Source: Chrysomallon squamiferum
Taxonomy: Eukaryota > Animalia > Mollusca
DNA: 64,000 bases
Direction: 5' to 3'
Assembly: GCA_012295275.1 (NCBI GenBank)
Contig: CM022679.1
Location: 22,568,001 to 22,632,000, forward strand
Shown: one piece after another, positions 1-17,111 of the stretch
How the letters are laid out: the number at the start of each line of letters is the position of its first letter
How positions within the stretch are numbered: position 1 is the first letter of the stretch
Made by a program: the position numbers and the translations under genes
The notes under the pieces: generated by a model
The model's database searches: none
What the model saw: the letters and a program-made list of their open reading frames with translations, nothing else
What the model was told of the DNA's origin: nothing

Positions 1-474
1 TTTGACCTAGAGTAGCACTCACTCAGTCCTAGTCGCTCATAATATTGATTATAGCGATAAAACAAAAGAATATGATGAAAGATATGAAAATAAAATATAT
101 CAGGATGATTATGAATGATTTGCAGATATATTTAAAATGTCTAGATTAAATAAATGCCGCCTAAATCAGCAAGATAAGACAACTGAAAGGATGTATGTCT
201 ATCTGAGACGCCATCTTGAAGAATCGATACTACTAGGTCGTCAAGGTCAGATTATGGTCTTCCCCAAATATCATTTCTATTTTTAAAATGATTTACTGCT
301 GTTTGAAAATTTAGTGAAATTTAATATCACAGACTGGACAAAAAAAAAAAAAGCCTGCGTATCATAAATCCATAACTATTGAAATTATATAAATTACAAA
401 TAAATAAATAAAACAATGATAATAATAATAATAAAGCAGGTAATTAATTGTCTTAGTGCATCGATTTAATTTGT

Positions 475-517
<43 letters not shown>

Positions 518-690
518 TTGCAACTAGTTTATGTCGTTCTTATTATTAATTTATAAATTTATTTTATTTATTTATTTTTTATTAATAATATTAACTATTT
601 GTTCTTTCATAATCATCATCACACTCATTTTACCACAAAATCAAAGATAAATATAAAAACAAGTTGTTTTTCACTTCGTATTATTCTTAC

Positions 691-855
691 CTAAATCGTC
701 GGTTATATAACACTACATGAAGTATTCTGATAATGGTACAAATTCTGGATGAACAAAACCGAAATTTCAGTTTTTGTACATTTTAACACTGTTCTCTAAG
801 AACTTGACATGCGGCATTCTAACTGGGCAAAAATTAAGCAAGCAGTTGTGGAGGT
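691..855 (-). pseudogene. Decayed symmetric phase-1 exon (165 bp), probably a 3' exon of the CARD gene
   Basis: Minus strand reads ...ttccataaaacag|AC CTC CAC...GAC GAT TTA G|gtaaga. Length is a multiple of 3 with phase 1 at both ends, but there are two in-frame stops (TGA, TAG): LHNCLLNFCPVRMPHVKFLENSVKMYKN*NFGFVHPEFVPLSEYFM*CYITDDL. Confidence 0.45.
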
Positions 856-1603
856 CTGTTTTATGGAAAAGATTAATGCATTAGGACCGCAAGTTTATTA
901 ACTCATAGAGTAAATGAAGTTATTATTATTTTCCCCAAATATTCAAAAATCGAACGTTCTGCTGTTGTTTTTCTCAGTCAGTATTTGATTATTTTATATA
1001 AACATGAGAAGAACGTAAAAAGAATAAAATAGTCAATATTTAGATTATTTATTTCTTTATTTATTTGATTATTTTTTCATAGTTTCTTTCCTTTATTTAT
1101 TCAAACTGTTTCCTTATTACTAATAATTTATATATTTATTTGATTTTAATTATTATTATGAATTTTTATGAAGTTATTACAAAATGTTAAACAAAATATT
1201 ATTATTATTACTGTTGTTATTGTTGTTGTTTTTGTTGTTATAATTGTCATTATTATTATTATTATTGTTCTTGTTATTGCTGTTGTTGTTGTTGTTGTTG
1301 TGATTGCATGCATAAATAAATGGAAAAAACCCACCAGAGAATGTGTCACTGTAAGTGTTAGAAACTAGGAATTATTCTCAAGATATGACTCATTTGATTT
1401 CATTTCTGCCATGTTAAATCGATGATAACCTACTTCAAAATGAAATGAAACTAGATTTATCAACACATTTACTTATTACTTCTGTGCTCTGATAAATAGG
1501 CAATTTACTCAGTTACAGTTGCTTATTAATAAAATGCTACAAGAATACATATATTTACTGCACTTTTTTTAACACTATAACATTGATAAATGAGGATGAT
1601 AAA

Positions 1604-1948
1604 TCAACAGATATAACATTTAATTCTTGCAATTGATTCATTCGGCATATTTTCAATCTTTACATCTTCCTTGTCATTACCAATCATTTCGGATTCATCC
1701 TCTATAACTATTTCTAATCTATTTGAATTCCTGTGTTTGTACTTTTTGGGAACAGGTTTAACAGTTACATGTCGTAAAGTATAATTCCGTCCTTGTTTCA
1801 AATTTTTCGCGTTATGCATGGCTCGAGGACTGTGAGCTGTTTCATACTTTATGTATTGAAGTTTAATCAATCTGTATCGTTTTCCACGTTTGCTGATGAG
1901 TTCTGTGTTGGACACAATTCTACCATAAAATATTTAGTCTTTTCCCTT
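1604..1948 (-). pseudogene. Probable downstream exon of the CARD gene, frameshifted
   Basis: Acceptor tttttag at 1949-1950. In phase 1 it reads EGKRLNILW* (TAG at 1920-1922). Removing one T from a T4 run joins it to the non-repetitive ORF 1604-1915 (SNTELISKRGKRYRL...IKCYIC). Confidence 0.4.
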
Positions 1949-3361
1949 CTAAAAATTTGAAACAAACAAGAATATCACTGGTGTTCAGCTGGCATTACCA
2001 ATAACTACTGCTGCTACAGCTACATATATTACTACTTTTATTCCCACCACAATTACAACTGCAACTACGATTATTAGTCATGATAGCAGTAGAAGTACCT
2101 CTGTTACAAAAATAATAACAAAAATAGAATAGAAGTGTAATTCACTCCAGTCAGAAGATCTGCATCTTATAATTTTAATCTTAATCACGTACGAGATGTC
2201 ACAAAGGAAGACTCCACTTGTCCCGCATTTCGTCCCCGCCCTCCACATTAATAATAATAAACAATCAAACAAGTGAAATAAAATGAAATAAAATAAACAT
2301 TAATAAGTATTGTATTAAAATAATTAATCTGACTTAAAGTTACACTCACTGAAATGTCGTTTTTTAGCATATATAACATAAAGACAAATAAAGATAAAAA
2401 AAAAAAAGAAGAAACAAGTTTGCAAGACGATTTTGAATGATTTGACGATAAAAGAATCCCATATGTATCCAAAAAGCTAAGATTACGTTACTGTTATTTT
2501 CTCCAAATATTCAAAAGTCGAATATTCTGTTGTTATTTTTCTCCTTCAGCATGTGATGTACTTTATATAAGCATGAGAAGAACATAAAGAATAAAACAAT
2601 TAATTTTTAGATTTATTAAACGGAAAGAAATGCCTATCTGTTCGAGACGCTATCTTGAAGAAACGATACTAACTATTAATAATAATAATAGTAATAATAA
2701 TAATAATAATAATATTAATAATAATAGTAATAGTAAAATAGATTTATGTTTCATGGCATAAAGCATTAAGACAACAATTTCATAAATGTATTTGGTATAC
2801 ACTTCCTTAACAAGTAATAAAAAAAACAATAAATAATAGCATTATGAAAATAAAAGTACAAATTGTAAAATTACTAAGTTTCGGATAAGAAATAATAATT
2901 GCGCTTGTAATTTCATCTGGAACACTATCGATGAAATACATCTTATAAATATTATGTAAACGTAGCAGCAGTAGTAGTTGTGGTGGGAATAAAAGTAGTA
3001 ATATATGTAGCTGTAGCAGCAGTAGTTATTGGTAATGCCAGCTGAACACCAGTCTTTTTTCATTGTTACAGTTACTGTTCGCCAGTAGTTTTTACAAAGT
3101 AACTCCATACATAATATTGCAATCATGCCAGGATTAACATTTTCTGTCAGTGATACAATTGCCATTCGAAAGAAATATAAATTTACATGAACACAAATGA
3201 GTTTTCTCTTTTACATGTTGAATAAATCACACACACACACACAGACAGTGTGTGTATGGGGTGTGGGTGAGAGGGACAGAGAAACAAATAATAAGTTTAG
3301 ATTAAACTATAAAATTCACTGAGATATTAAGGTAATGAAATTCACTACTCATTAATCTTAC

Positions 3362-3520
3362 CATTCATTTGCTGAAATCTGTTCTCTTTATTGTTGTGTT
3401 TCACTACTTCACCGCAGTCATTAATTCCAGAAGCATTAAAGCTCGTTTGTTGACTTTGATCACGAGCTTCCAAGGTTTCATTGCTTTGTTCTTGACTCTG
3501 CTCATTTTGTTTTCCCGTAT
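3362..3520 (-). CDS. CARD gene, symmetric phase-1 linker exon (159 bp)
   Basis: ttcctatag|AT ACG GGA...ATG AAT G|gtaaga. Open frame DTGKQNEQSQEQSNETLEARDQSQQTSFNASGINDCGEVVKHNNKENRFQQMN; phase matches the end of CARD exon 2. Confidence 0.7.
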
Positions 3521-3947
3521 CTATAGGAAATTAAACATGAGTATTCAAACGAAAATAACGAAAACAATATATATATAAGTACATACACATACGTAAGTGA
3601 ATGACTAAATACAAAGAACGAATCTATACAAATCTTTAAAAACATTTAGCATTAATAGTTATTATTGATTAATTTTCTTAAATAATGATAATTGCAGAGA
3701 GGAAACCCATAGCCATGACACCTCGACTACTTTTAATTATTAGCAGCAAAACTGTTTTAACAAAAACCTGCCCATAGACACGAAATAATATAAAACATTT
3801 GTTTATCTTTCTTTTCTTTTTTTAACCCAAGCAATGAGACTTGGATTTCAAACCTAGAATTATAAAATTAAATTTAATAAATAGAATTTTACATGCTAAA
3901 GCAGATTGTTTAATATTTATAATAAGATTTTGAAATTATTAACTTAC

Positions 3948-4049
3948 TGTAATATTTTTTGACAACAGTTTTGTTCACTGTGCACTGTTGTATGTTGCCT
4001 TTACAATGAATCATGGATGTATTTGTTTTCGTTTAAATATGACATCCAA
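3948..4049 (-). pseudogene. CARD gene, symmetric phase-1 exon (102 bp) with a premature stop
   Basis: tatttcag|TT GGA TGT CAT ATT TAA...TAT TAC A|gtaagt. Good splice sites and a single TAA at 4033-4035: VGCHI*TKTNTSMIHCKGNIQQCTVNKTVVKKYY. Confidence 0.55.
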
Positions 4050-4323
4050 CTGAAATATACATATATACATACACATATATATACGTATACATATTTGTAC
4101 ACACAAATAGAGATACACATTTCTACATACCAAAAAGAAATGCAATGAAATAAAACTATTAACTATTGACCTTAATTAACTGACTCCAAAGAAGCATCAT
4201 TATTATTATATATTTGATTTACTTGTAAAAATTATAATCAAATGTAGACATACACAGAAACACACATGCGCGCGCGCGCACACACACACACACAGAGACA
4301 AACACACACACAAACACACACAT

Positions 4324-4354
<31 letters not shown>

Positions 4355-4664
4355 CAGAAAACACATTGATAGGTATAGATATATACAGACAACACATAGA
4401 TAGGTATAGATATATAAAGACAACACATAAATAGGTATACACACATACTTACACAGAGAAGGGAATTGCAATGAAATAAAAATATTTTTGAACAAGAAAT
4501 CGAGTAAAATCTTAGAGTGAAAGAGAGACAGCCTTGCTAACGCGATTCCTTGACCTTAATTAATTAACTCCACAGAAGCTTCATTATTATTATATATTTG
4601 ATTTCCTTGTAAAAATTATAATCAAATGTCCAACCGAACTAACTGGAAGTCCGATTATTACAAA

Positions 4665-5151
4665 TACAGTGGTACCTTGACATATGAGTTTAATTTGTTC
4701 CGTGACTGAGCTCGTAACTCAATTTGTTAGTATATTAAATCAATTTACCCACATTAAATTAACTGAAATACCATTAATCCATTACAGCCCACATTTATTT
4801 ATTTATTTTTTTTTTTTTTTTTTTGTAACATGTTTTAAATAAGAAAAATGTATTTTTAAATGACAAATATTGTATAAAAACAAAATAAAAGAGAACGCAA
4901 AGAAATAAATTGGTTTTGTAAAGTGTATTTATCTTCGAGAGATGACATATTATTTTAACGCCTTTGGATGGAGTTACAGCCTTTATCGACTCCTTCTGCT
5001 TCAGTATGGTACTATGCTCGTGCTACCTAGTCAAATCGACTGCATGCATACCTCGTTCATATTTTTCTATGATTTCATGCTTTAATTCAATGGACATCAT
5101 CCGCTTCTTCTTCTCGGCACTATCCTTTGCACTCACTTTCTTAAGACTCAT
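4665..5151 (-). mobile_element. Tigger/pogo-family DNA transposon remnant (internally deleted)
   Basis: TA followed by a CAGTGGTACCT terminus at 4665-4677. The minus-strand peptide MSLKKVSAKDSAEKKKRMMSIELKHEIIEKYERGMHAVDLTR*...TILKQKESIKAVTPSKGVKII resembles the CENP-B-type N-terminal HTH of Tigger transposases. It has an in-frame stop and no DDD domain. Confidence 0.8.
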
Positions 5152-5213
5152 GGTTAGAAAAAATAAAATTATACTACTTCTACTACTACTGCTACCACTA
5201 GTAATAATAACAA

Positions 5214-5248
<35 letters not shown>

Positions 5249-6686
5249 ATAATAATAATAATAATGATTATGATGATCATCATTTTGATAATAGTTTTAT
5301 TTGTAGCATATACAGATGTTTTTTGTTGAATGGTTCTTGTTTTTTTATTGATAATCTTTTGTGGAACGTTAAAATATGCACAGGGTGCCCTCCTTTCTTA
5401 CTCTGCAGGTACTTAATAAAGATGAGTATGAAGAAATTTGTTAGCCAGTTAGTCAGCGTCCAAGTTTAGAAATATACTTGGTGAGTGTGCATTGTGATCA
5501 CGTAATCTAACACTTAGAACCTGAATTAATGAGTACAATTCATTAGGTAATTAAAATTGAGGACTGTTACCAACATACTTAAAATATTGTATCGGTCTTG
5601 AATCTCAGCAAAAGTTTCATATAATATATCTAATTGGTTTAAAACCACACGGGAAACGCTGTGCTCATTCTGAAAAATGTCGAAAACAAATCACTATCTC
5701 ATTAGGAAAAATACCAGCGAATTCTCTTCAGATTAAAAATGCATAAAATCCTTCGTAATAACAGAGGCGTGAGCATAGTTTGCACCGCCGCCCGCTAAGG
5801 TCTTCACACAAAATGCAACATATTGCACAGTAACTCCCTCTTAACTATACATGTATGGTGTATGTATTAGCAACTAGCGGATCATTATAATATTTCTTTC
5901 ACATGCTCAAATAGAGTAGCCTTTAAACACAGACCGAACATACTTGAATTTTGAATGAAAAAGAAACCCACAATTTATAAAAGAAGAGTTAAAATCGAAA
6001 CTAGATCATTCTCAAGATAAAGCAACTGTGATTTTACTTCTTTTATATATATTTCCAAGTCTAATTATCACATATACACTTTAATATAGAGGCAAAAAAT
6101 TCTGTTTAAGCTGCTTATTAGAGAAGTAATAAAATTAATACATATAACACTAAAAGATTTACCTGTCTGAGACGCCATCTTGAAACTCTTAGTGTTGCCT
6201 GTACTGATGATATAATAACCAACTAATAACATAATTTGTATCAGTGACACTTTGGTCTCTTAAATCATAATAAACAAGCATAATGTGCACATGCGCATGC
6301 GTTTATGAGATTAATATATCGCTCATACAATACTTTCAATATTTAATTTACACATTTGTGTATGCACATGTATTATATGTCATATACGTCTTATAAATAT
6401 TATGCACGTACGTATCTGTTGTTTTTATCGTCTATTGTTTTCATATTACAGTTATATATTGCTTTAAGAAGGGAAAGAAAAATAATGTATATAGTAAAGA
6501 AAAGTAATAATAATAAAGAATTAAGACAACACGATGATAAATCAATATTTGATTTACATTTCCTTAATAAATAATAACAAAAATTATAACAAAAAGCATT
6601 ATGAAAATGTACAAATTTCTGGGTTAAACACGTAAAATGAAACAAAAATAAATTTTAATTTATTTGCGTGTCATAAGAAGAAATAA

Positions 6687-6729
<43 letters not shown>

Positions 6730-7357
6730 AACCCAACAAATTACTAAGTTTCAAATAAAACTTAATAATAATAATAATTAAGTTCGTAATGTCATAATAT
6801 TAGAACTATTCATAATATTAGAACTATTCGATTGAGAGCTTCGTAATTTTTATCACTGGAGCCAGAGGGATAAAAGATCATAGTTAGGAGTCAAGCATTT
6901 ATTTTGCAAGAGCAGTATATTAATGCTGAAACTAGTACTATTACTATCCATAGCTACCACTATTTCATAACTACTTCTGCTACTGCTGCATCTATTACTA
7001 AAAATATTCCCACCATCACTACTACTACAACTATTAGTCGTGATAGTAGTACAGGTATCTCTGTTACACTATCACTATTAATTATTATCACCGACTATTA
7101 TGACTATTGTAAAAAGCGATAGCTGCAGCATTAGTAGAAACTTGTTCTGCTGTCTTATTTGCATGTCACACTCATTTAATATACACGATTGACAGTGTTC
7201 TGTTTCTTCGTATTTTTGGAGGGTGGGTTTGTTCCTTACTAAATTATTCTAAACTAAATTTGATAAATTATGTATTTAAGTAATCTAAGATTGTTAGTTC
7301 CAGAAGATTAAGTTAACAGTAAATAATATCTGCAATAAAACATTCAAAACCTCTTAC

Positions 7358-7487
7358 CAAAGTCTTCTTCAACTTTTGTGGCTTCGATAATCTTCATTAG
7401 ATCTTTGTAATTATTTAGACGTAGCGATTCCATGAAAACATTACACATTGAGAGTAAATGTAGACGTGGAATCGCTTTCTTGAAAAT
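7358..7487 (-). CDS. CARD domain gene, coding exon 2
   Basis: ccccag|ATT TTC AAG...GAC TTT G|gtaaga, 130 bp, phase 0 to 1. IFKKAIPRLHLLSMCNVFMESLRLNNYKDLMKIIEATKVEEDF fits CARD helices 5-6 (FxxSLxxxxYxDLxxxI pattern). Confidence 0.85.
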
Positions 7488-7560
7488 CTGGGGCGAGGAT
7501 GTAAAACAATCAATAAACAAATACGAATAAGACGAAAGAGAATGAAGAATTCATAATGAG

Positions 7561-7660
<100 letters not shown>

Positions 7661-8163
7661 ATCTAAATCAGTTGTTTTTCCTCTTTGATTTACAAAGCAC
7701 TACGATAGTAACAGAAAATATTTAACTGTTTAATTATAGCAGTGAATAAACTCAATAGATTTTCTTATTTATTCTTATTATCTTCGTTTCTTTCTAGTCT
7801 ATCATCTATCTATCTATCTTCTCTCTGTCTGTTTGTTTGTTTGTTTATTTATTTATTTATTTTACTTTGTTACTATTATTATTCTTGGCAATCGGGCATC
7901 AAAAATATTAGCTCTTGCATAGTCCTAATATATTATGTGAGATGATACCACTGCTCAGTATGATATGATAATTTATTAAAACATTTCGCAGTATCCTTTT
8001 TAAGCTGAATACAGGAAACTTGGAAATAAAGAAAAATGCATGAAAGGTCAAAGAGGAGAATGTTTATCTCTTTCCGTCTGTGTCTCAAAAGATTCAGCTA
8101 TCTCTGATCATAGATATTATAGACAGAAATTCAGGAAAGAGAAAAGATTGGAAAAATACTTAC

Positions 8164-8331
8164 GATATCCATGAGAATTCGAGCAGCTGATTTTCGTGTT
8201 TTAGCATTTTGTATCTCTTCTTTTTCGTCCAAAGTTATTGCTTCTTCTTGATACATGTAAGGTATTAGCAAATCTGCTTGAATATTGTTAAGAATCTTCA
8301 CATAGTTCATCTGTAGTCGTTTCAGATTCAT
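8164..8331 (-). CDS. CARD domain gene, coding exon 1
   Basis: ATG at 8331, donor ATC|gtaagt at 8163. MNLKRLQMNYVKILNNIQADLLIPYMYQEEAITLDEKEEIQNAKTRKSAARILMDI shows the CARD helix 1-4 pattern (L..N...I..NI....LIPY.YQ...IT..E.EEI....TR...A..L.DI) and splices in frame to exon 2. Confidence 0.85.
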
Positions 8332-9684
8332 TTCTTCATTTCGCTCTTTACTCACCACAAAACACAAAGGAATAATAATAATAATAATAATCATGAAATG
8401 AAACAGAAGCCTGATTCGCGAAAGTCAAAAACCTAAAATCTTGATCATATAAGTTTTAGTTTTTGATTTCGTTATTTTTTTCAATATTGCCATCTTGGGA
8501 AAGGCAACCCTGTAAAAAATATTTAAGGTACGTGATTTTATAAATCAAGACGCTGTTTGACTCCTCCGCCGAGCTCACGTGTATCATCATTGTCGCCTGT
8601 TACCTCAGAAACAAATACTTAGACAACAAAGAATCTTTTGTGTTACTCAACGTGTGCTGAAGCTTAACCACAACCGTGGTACAGAGATGTAGTCAGGTCT
8701 GTTTAAATTATAAGGCTAACATAAATTTCCAGTTTTGATATTTCAAGACGCAACAAATCATTTGATACAAAGCTGACTCCAAAGAGGTGTCACATTACAT
8801 ACAATTCACTGTACAATAAAAAATTGAATAAACAAAATTTATACATTATAATAATAATAAAAAAATTGAATAAACAATATTTCTACATTTTCTTTCTTTT
8901 TTTCTGACTCTTTATAACAAAAATATAATTTTTTAATTTGACATAATAAATTGTACAGTATTCAATTTATGCTTTTTTTTTTTTGAGGTGGGGTGGGGTG
9001 GGGTAATTATATTCATCAATAAAACAGCCGTTAAAATTTAATTAAAATAACTGTTACCACTTCTTTGTGATATATATATATATATATTTTAAATAATTCA
9101 TACATTATTAACATGTTTCTCTAAAAGAAACTAAATATTAATAAAGTTATTAAAAAGAATACCAATAATTTACAAAAAACAAAACAAACACAATGAAATC
9201 AAAAACAGGTTTTGTCAAAGACCTAATATAATTATTTCATCATTAGATTTCATCATACCTGTACATTTATACTAGAATAATAACTGATTAAAACAAAAAC
9301 ATTCTGAAAAACACCAGAGACAAATAAGAACGGTATAATCTAGAAAAATGAGATGTCCAGCTACAAGCAGAAATTGTTTTACTTCTATGTATTGTACATG
9401 ACAAATCTCATTAACAACATCGAATTTAAACATCAACTGTTTCGATTTTAAAGTGTTTATTTTGATGCATATTATATAAAAAAAAGAAAATATTTTAAAG
9501 AACAGTAATATTGAAATAAAGATGCATTTTTATCTCTAAAATAGTTTTATCTTTCAGTGTTTAATAACAGTAATTTTAGCATCTAGAAAGTTGATTAAAA
9601 AATGTCCCACAAATCAAATATATATATATATATAATTTAAAAATAAAAAATCCCAGCATCTAGAAAGTTGATTAAAATGTCCCC

Positions 9685-11195
9685 CACATTAATAATAATC
9701 AATGAAATGAGTTAAAACGAAATACAAATAATTGAAATTTTATACACACTGTATTAAAGTAACTATTTTGACATAGAACTGCATTCACTGAAATCGCGTT
9801 CCATGGCATATACTAATAATATAAAGATATATGGAAAAATGACGAATCAAGTTCACAAGATGATTATGGATAAAAGAAAAATATGTATCCAAAATGTTCT
9901 GATTAAATCAATGTTAGTTAAATAATCGCGAAAAATCCTACCTCTCTCAGACGCCATCTTGAAGTTGAAATGAGGTGAGTATGTCAATCACTGGTATCTG
10001 TCGGATATGCAACAGTAGTGTTGACCCTTGATGTCATCGACTGAAAGAAGAGAGCACGAGACGGAAAATGCAAAAGTCTGAGCAACTGCGAATGTAGATA
10101 TTAACACTTAAAATTCATCAAAACTTTAAACTTTAGCGCACCTGATAGTTATATACTGATATCTGAACTATAAACAGACATAAAAACAAGGTAATTAAAA
10201 TGTCATATAGAATATGTAAAGGAAAATATACAGTAGAAAATGTACTCTTACCTTAAGAGGGTTGCTGTGATCTAAGAGCGGGCCTCACAATCACGTAACA
10301 ATACCTAGAGATAAGGTTTCATGTGGGAAATGCATCATATAACTGTATCAATAGGTTTTAGTCTTTTTGTTTTGTTGTTATTTTTCATACTGCCAGCTTA
10401 TCAGTTAGTGTCAGCTATATACACTTCTGAGAAAAGTAGTGATACAAATAGTTTCCCGCGAAACAGCCACTTATGTCCGATAGAGTAGGCAACACGTGAT
10501 AGCTCTATATGTTTGTTGGATAACACTGAAATCAGCGGATACCTATACATGTTTAAAACTGTTCAAATCTCGTTTTTGAAACTCTAAATGCAAAGGACGG
10601 AAAAATTGCACCACTCAAAAATTCAAAATCAGTGACTGCCAGGACTTATATCTGTAAACATGATAATAATTATTTCTAAATTAAATAATTGAAAGATAAA
10701 ATGTTTTATGTTTGCAACCTAAATAGAATTACGGAACAACCGACGAGTCATTAATAATTCCTAAGAGATACGTTCAGTCTAATTACCGGGCATAATTTAT
10801 CCGCGTCTCGACCTCGTCCGCAACATTAACAACAACAACAACAACAACAACAATAATAACAATAATAACAATAATAATAATAATAATCAATGAAATGAGT
10901 TAAGATGAAATAAAATAATTGAAATTTTATACACACCTTAGTAAAAACAAAATATTTTTACCTAGAATTGCATTCACTGAAATCGCAAGATGATTATGGA
11001 TAAAAGAAAAATATATATCCAAACTGTTCTGATTAAATAAATCTTAGTTAAATGAGCGAGAAAAAGCCAACTGTCTCAGACGCCATCTTGAAGTTGAAAT
11101 AAGCTGAGTATGACAACGGCTGGTGTCTGCCGGATATGCAGCAGTTGACCCTTGATGTCAGCGACTGCAAGCAGAGAGCACGAGACGGAAAACGG
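9685..11195. repeat. Direct duplication (~9685-10075 and ~10880-11195) flanking the putative CARD promoter
   Basis: Both blocks share aatcaatgaaatgagttaa...gcattcactgaaatcgc...cagacgccatcttgaagttgaaat...gttgacccttgatgtca...gagagcacgagacggaaaa. Confidence 0.8.
10245..10470 (-). promoter_or_regulatory. Possible 5' non-coding exon and promoter of the CARD gene
   Basis: Strong minus-strand donor AAG|gtaaga at 10250-10251. Nearby are TTCTGAGAA (STAT/GAS-type TTCN3GAA, ~10426) and TTTCCCGC (E2F-like, ~10452). These short motifs may be chance matches. Confidence 0.3.
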
Positions 11196-11844
11196 AAATT
11201 AATATCATAGACTGTATCACAAAAGGTGCTTTAGTCCTAGTATTTTACAACAGCATGTTAGTGTTTCCGGTATAAGGATATCTAGGTCAATCTTTTCTTT
11301 TCGACAGAAAGCTTTTTGACACGATAATTAATGGGTTATAACACACACACAAAACATTAACGACCCATTTTTCACAACGCTGTAACAGTAGTAATTATTT
11401 AATTAAAACAATTAATAGTAATAAACAAGGGAATTGCTACGTATACTGTGGATGTCTGAATTTAATAAAGACATCGATTGTTGTAGTTTAAGATTAATGC
11501 ATTAACTGGAACAAAAGGATAGCAAGCAACTGATAATGATACTGATAGAGTATGTAACTATTATTTTATCGAAATGTTCGACAGACGTTCTCCTGTTCTT
11601 TTTCTCCTTCAGCATTTGACAAAATTATCCGATCTTCCGGTCAATTACTCTCTGGATTTTTTAATATCTATCAAAAACCCTCAGCAGGTTTAGGAATAGA
11701 AAAATAAAAGAAAAAATAAGAACTGTGGAAAGAAGGAAGAAAATAAAATAGAAAAAAACAAAAAGGAAAAAAAGAACTTATTAAAAGACCAACAACACAA
11801 CCAGTAAGAAAAAAGCAGAAGAAAAGGAAGATTTAAAACAAATA

Positions 11845-12415
11845 ATGAAGCCATTGTTAGTTCAGTTGTTGGGAATGAGAGCTCTCAGTTTTGAATCTAG
11901 TTATTTCATTTACTGTATTATGTATACAACAGGTCTGGATGCTGTGCCGCCGCCTGGTTTCTGTATTGTGGTTTCTCACGTAGTGGGAGCTGGCTTCAGA
12001 TGGTTTTACAGCACTGGGCCAGGTGACCACGCTGAAAAGTTCATGGTGCACTCATGGGAAGAATTCATAGAATGGCGTGATGTAACTATCAGAGTTTTCC
12101 AGAATTACAGCCCGTGTGGGAAATGTTGTGACGTCATAACTAACTTTGTCAAGAGCATGAAAAAGAAAGGATCATTCCAAGCTGGAGATGCACGACACTA
12201 ATATCAAAGGTCTTCTGCAACTAACTCGTTTTGTACGGCTGACTGTATTTGGTTATTACGACTGGGTAGAGTTAAGAACTTTACTCAATTTACAGTATTT
12301 ACAGTTGCCTGTTGAATTCGATTTTTGGTCACCTAGGCAAGATACCAATTGGGCTATTTGTAACATTCTTTCGAAGTACAATATTACAGTACTACCTGAG
12401 TACAATGTGGTTTAA
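11845..12415 (+). pseudogene. AID/APOBEC-like zinc-dependent cytidine deaminase, frameshifted near 12160-12190
   Basis: ORF 11845-12201 has HAE (12028-12036) and IRVFQNYSPCGKC (SPCxxC at 12109-12126). The +1 frame ORF 12188-12415 supplies NIKGLLQL..FVRLTVFGYYDW, matching the APOBEC GL..L....V.L.V....W C-terminal pattern. Confidence 0.8.
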
Positions 12416-12739
12416 TAACGAAAATCTTTTTCACTTAACTGACTTTTTTCGTACATTTCCTCAACTTTCATTAGTATGTTCTACAAATATCTTTATCTAT
12501 TTACAATGATCTAAAAATAAAAATAAAGAATACATAATTTAAAAAAGTAATGTTAATTAAAAAATGATAATAAATACAAATAAAAATGAAAATGAATTTA
12601 AAAATGTCCAAATTATTTCTTGTTTGATATATAATTATACGGGTCCATGTACAATTCGTCCATCCATTTATTTTTGGTTTAATGTTTATATTTAAAACTG
12701 AAAACTTGCATGAATTTTGTTTATATATAAAGGTTATCT

Positions 12740-12821
<82 letters not shown>

Positions 12822-12864
12822 ATATTAATGTTACTTAGTTAAATATCCAGAATACTTTCAGTAA

Positions 12865-12895
<31 letters not shown>

Positions 12896-13374
12896 GGTAT
12901 ATATATATATAGATAGATAGATAGATAGATAGATATATAGATAGATAGATATATAGATAGATAGACAGATAGATAGATAGATAGATAGATATATACCCAC
13001 ACACACATATCCATACACACAAAACAAAGAAAACAAACACACAAACAAACCTAAAAGAAAAAACATTGGTTCTTGTAGATTATCAAACGCTGTCTTTAAT
13101 AACTTATGAATATCAATTTCAGATCCCAGTTTTAGAAAAACTACGAGCATCCGCTTTAAGAATCCTTTTACGGAGAAAGCACACATAATCGGCATGACAT
13201 CACCTTGACGTCATTATTCTCATGGATACCGAGTGATGACTGGGAGCTGAACATAGATTTACTGAAAATAGCCAAACAATTAGTCTTTGATGATTTTGAT
13301 TCTAGCAAATGTCTTTGCTCAGCTTTGATGTCAATTTTATTTTGTATAGAAAGTAATAATTATGGGTGTTTTCT

Positions 13375-16155
<2,781 letters not shown>

Positions 16156-16682
16156 AAATATTTATAACGAGTCTAACATGTCTGCGCATGGAACAAAGAA
16201 TGGAAAATACTGGTGTAATATTTAACATTAAACAATTACAACTAATTTCTCTGAATTTTCAACTAGTAGTAAAACATTTTAAAAATCACTGTAATTTAAC
16301 AGTTTTAATGAAATATTAAATTTTCTTAACACTTTCTTTACTTTTTTTCAAAGTTAGTTAATATATTGGTTTATTTATAATATTTAATTTGGATATGTAG
16401 ATAATAATATTTAGAAATGATCCTAATATTTAACTTTGTTACTAATCTATATTTAGAGCTTGTACTGTTATTCATTAGTAAAATTACTGTGTAATTTAAA
16501 TGTTTTGATTTATTACAATGGCGAAGGGTTTGTTCCGTTCGTTATTAGTCTGTATGTCACAAAACACAAACGGTTTGAAGAATAAACAGAAATTACGCTT
16601 TCTTTCACACTTTTGTTGTTTTTATATAATTTATTTTATATTTAACTTTTATTAGTTTCTGACTCATCCATTCTAAAATTAT

Positions 16683-16772
<90 letters not shown>

Positions 16773-17009
16773 CTTTTACAAGGTAATACAAAGCAAATCC
16801 GCATTTTCAGTATTATAAATTTTTAAATATATTCGCGGCTTCCTGTTTCCAACAAGTATCGTTTTATGTTGTATTCAGAAGAAAAAATCAACCAATAAAA
16901 ATAAATAATATTATAAATAAACTTTTTATCTAAACCCTTTAGACTGCGGAAAAATAGGGTCAAAACAGCAATCTGTTGCCCCTACCTGATCACAAATAGA
17001 CCTTTCCAG

Positions 17010-17111
17010 CCAATCGCAAATCACCTGCGGTTAACCGTAGCCAATAAGATTTTAGCAAACTGTAACCAGCAGTCAACCAATGATGTTCCAGGACGGTTAA
17101 CCGCATCCAAT
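17010..17111 (+). promoter_or_regulatory. Cluster of four CCAAT boxes
   Basis: CCAAT at 17010, 17041, 17077 and 17107 (spacing 31, 36, 30 bp), plus two CGGTTAACCG palindromes. No linked gene identified. Confidence 0.35.
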
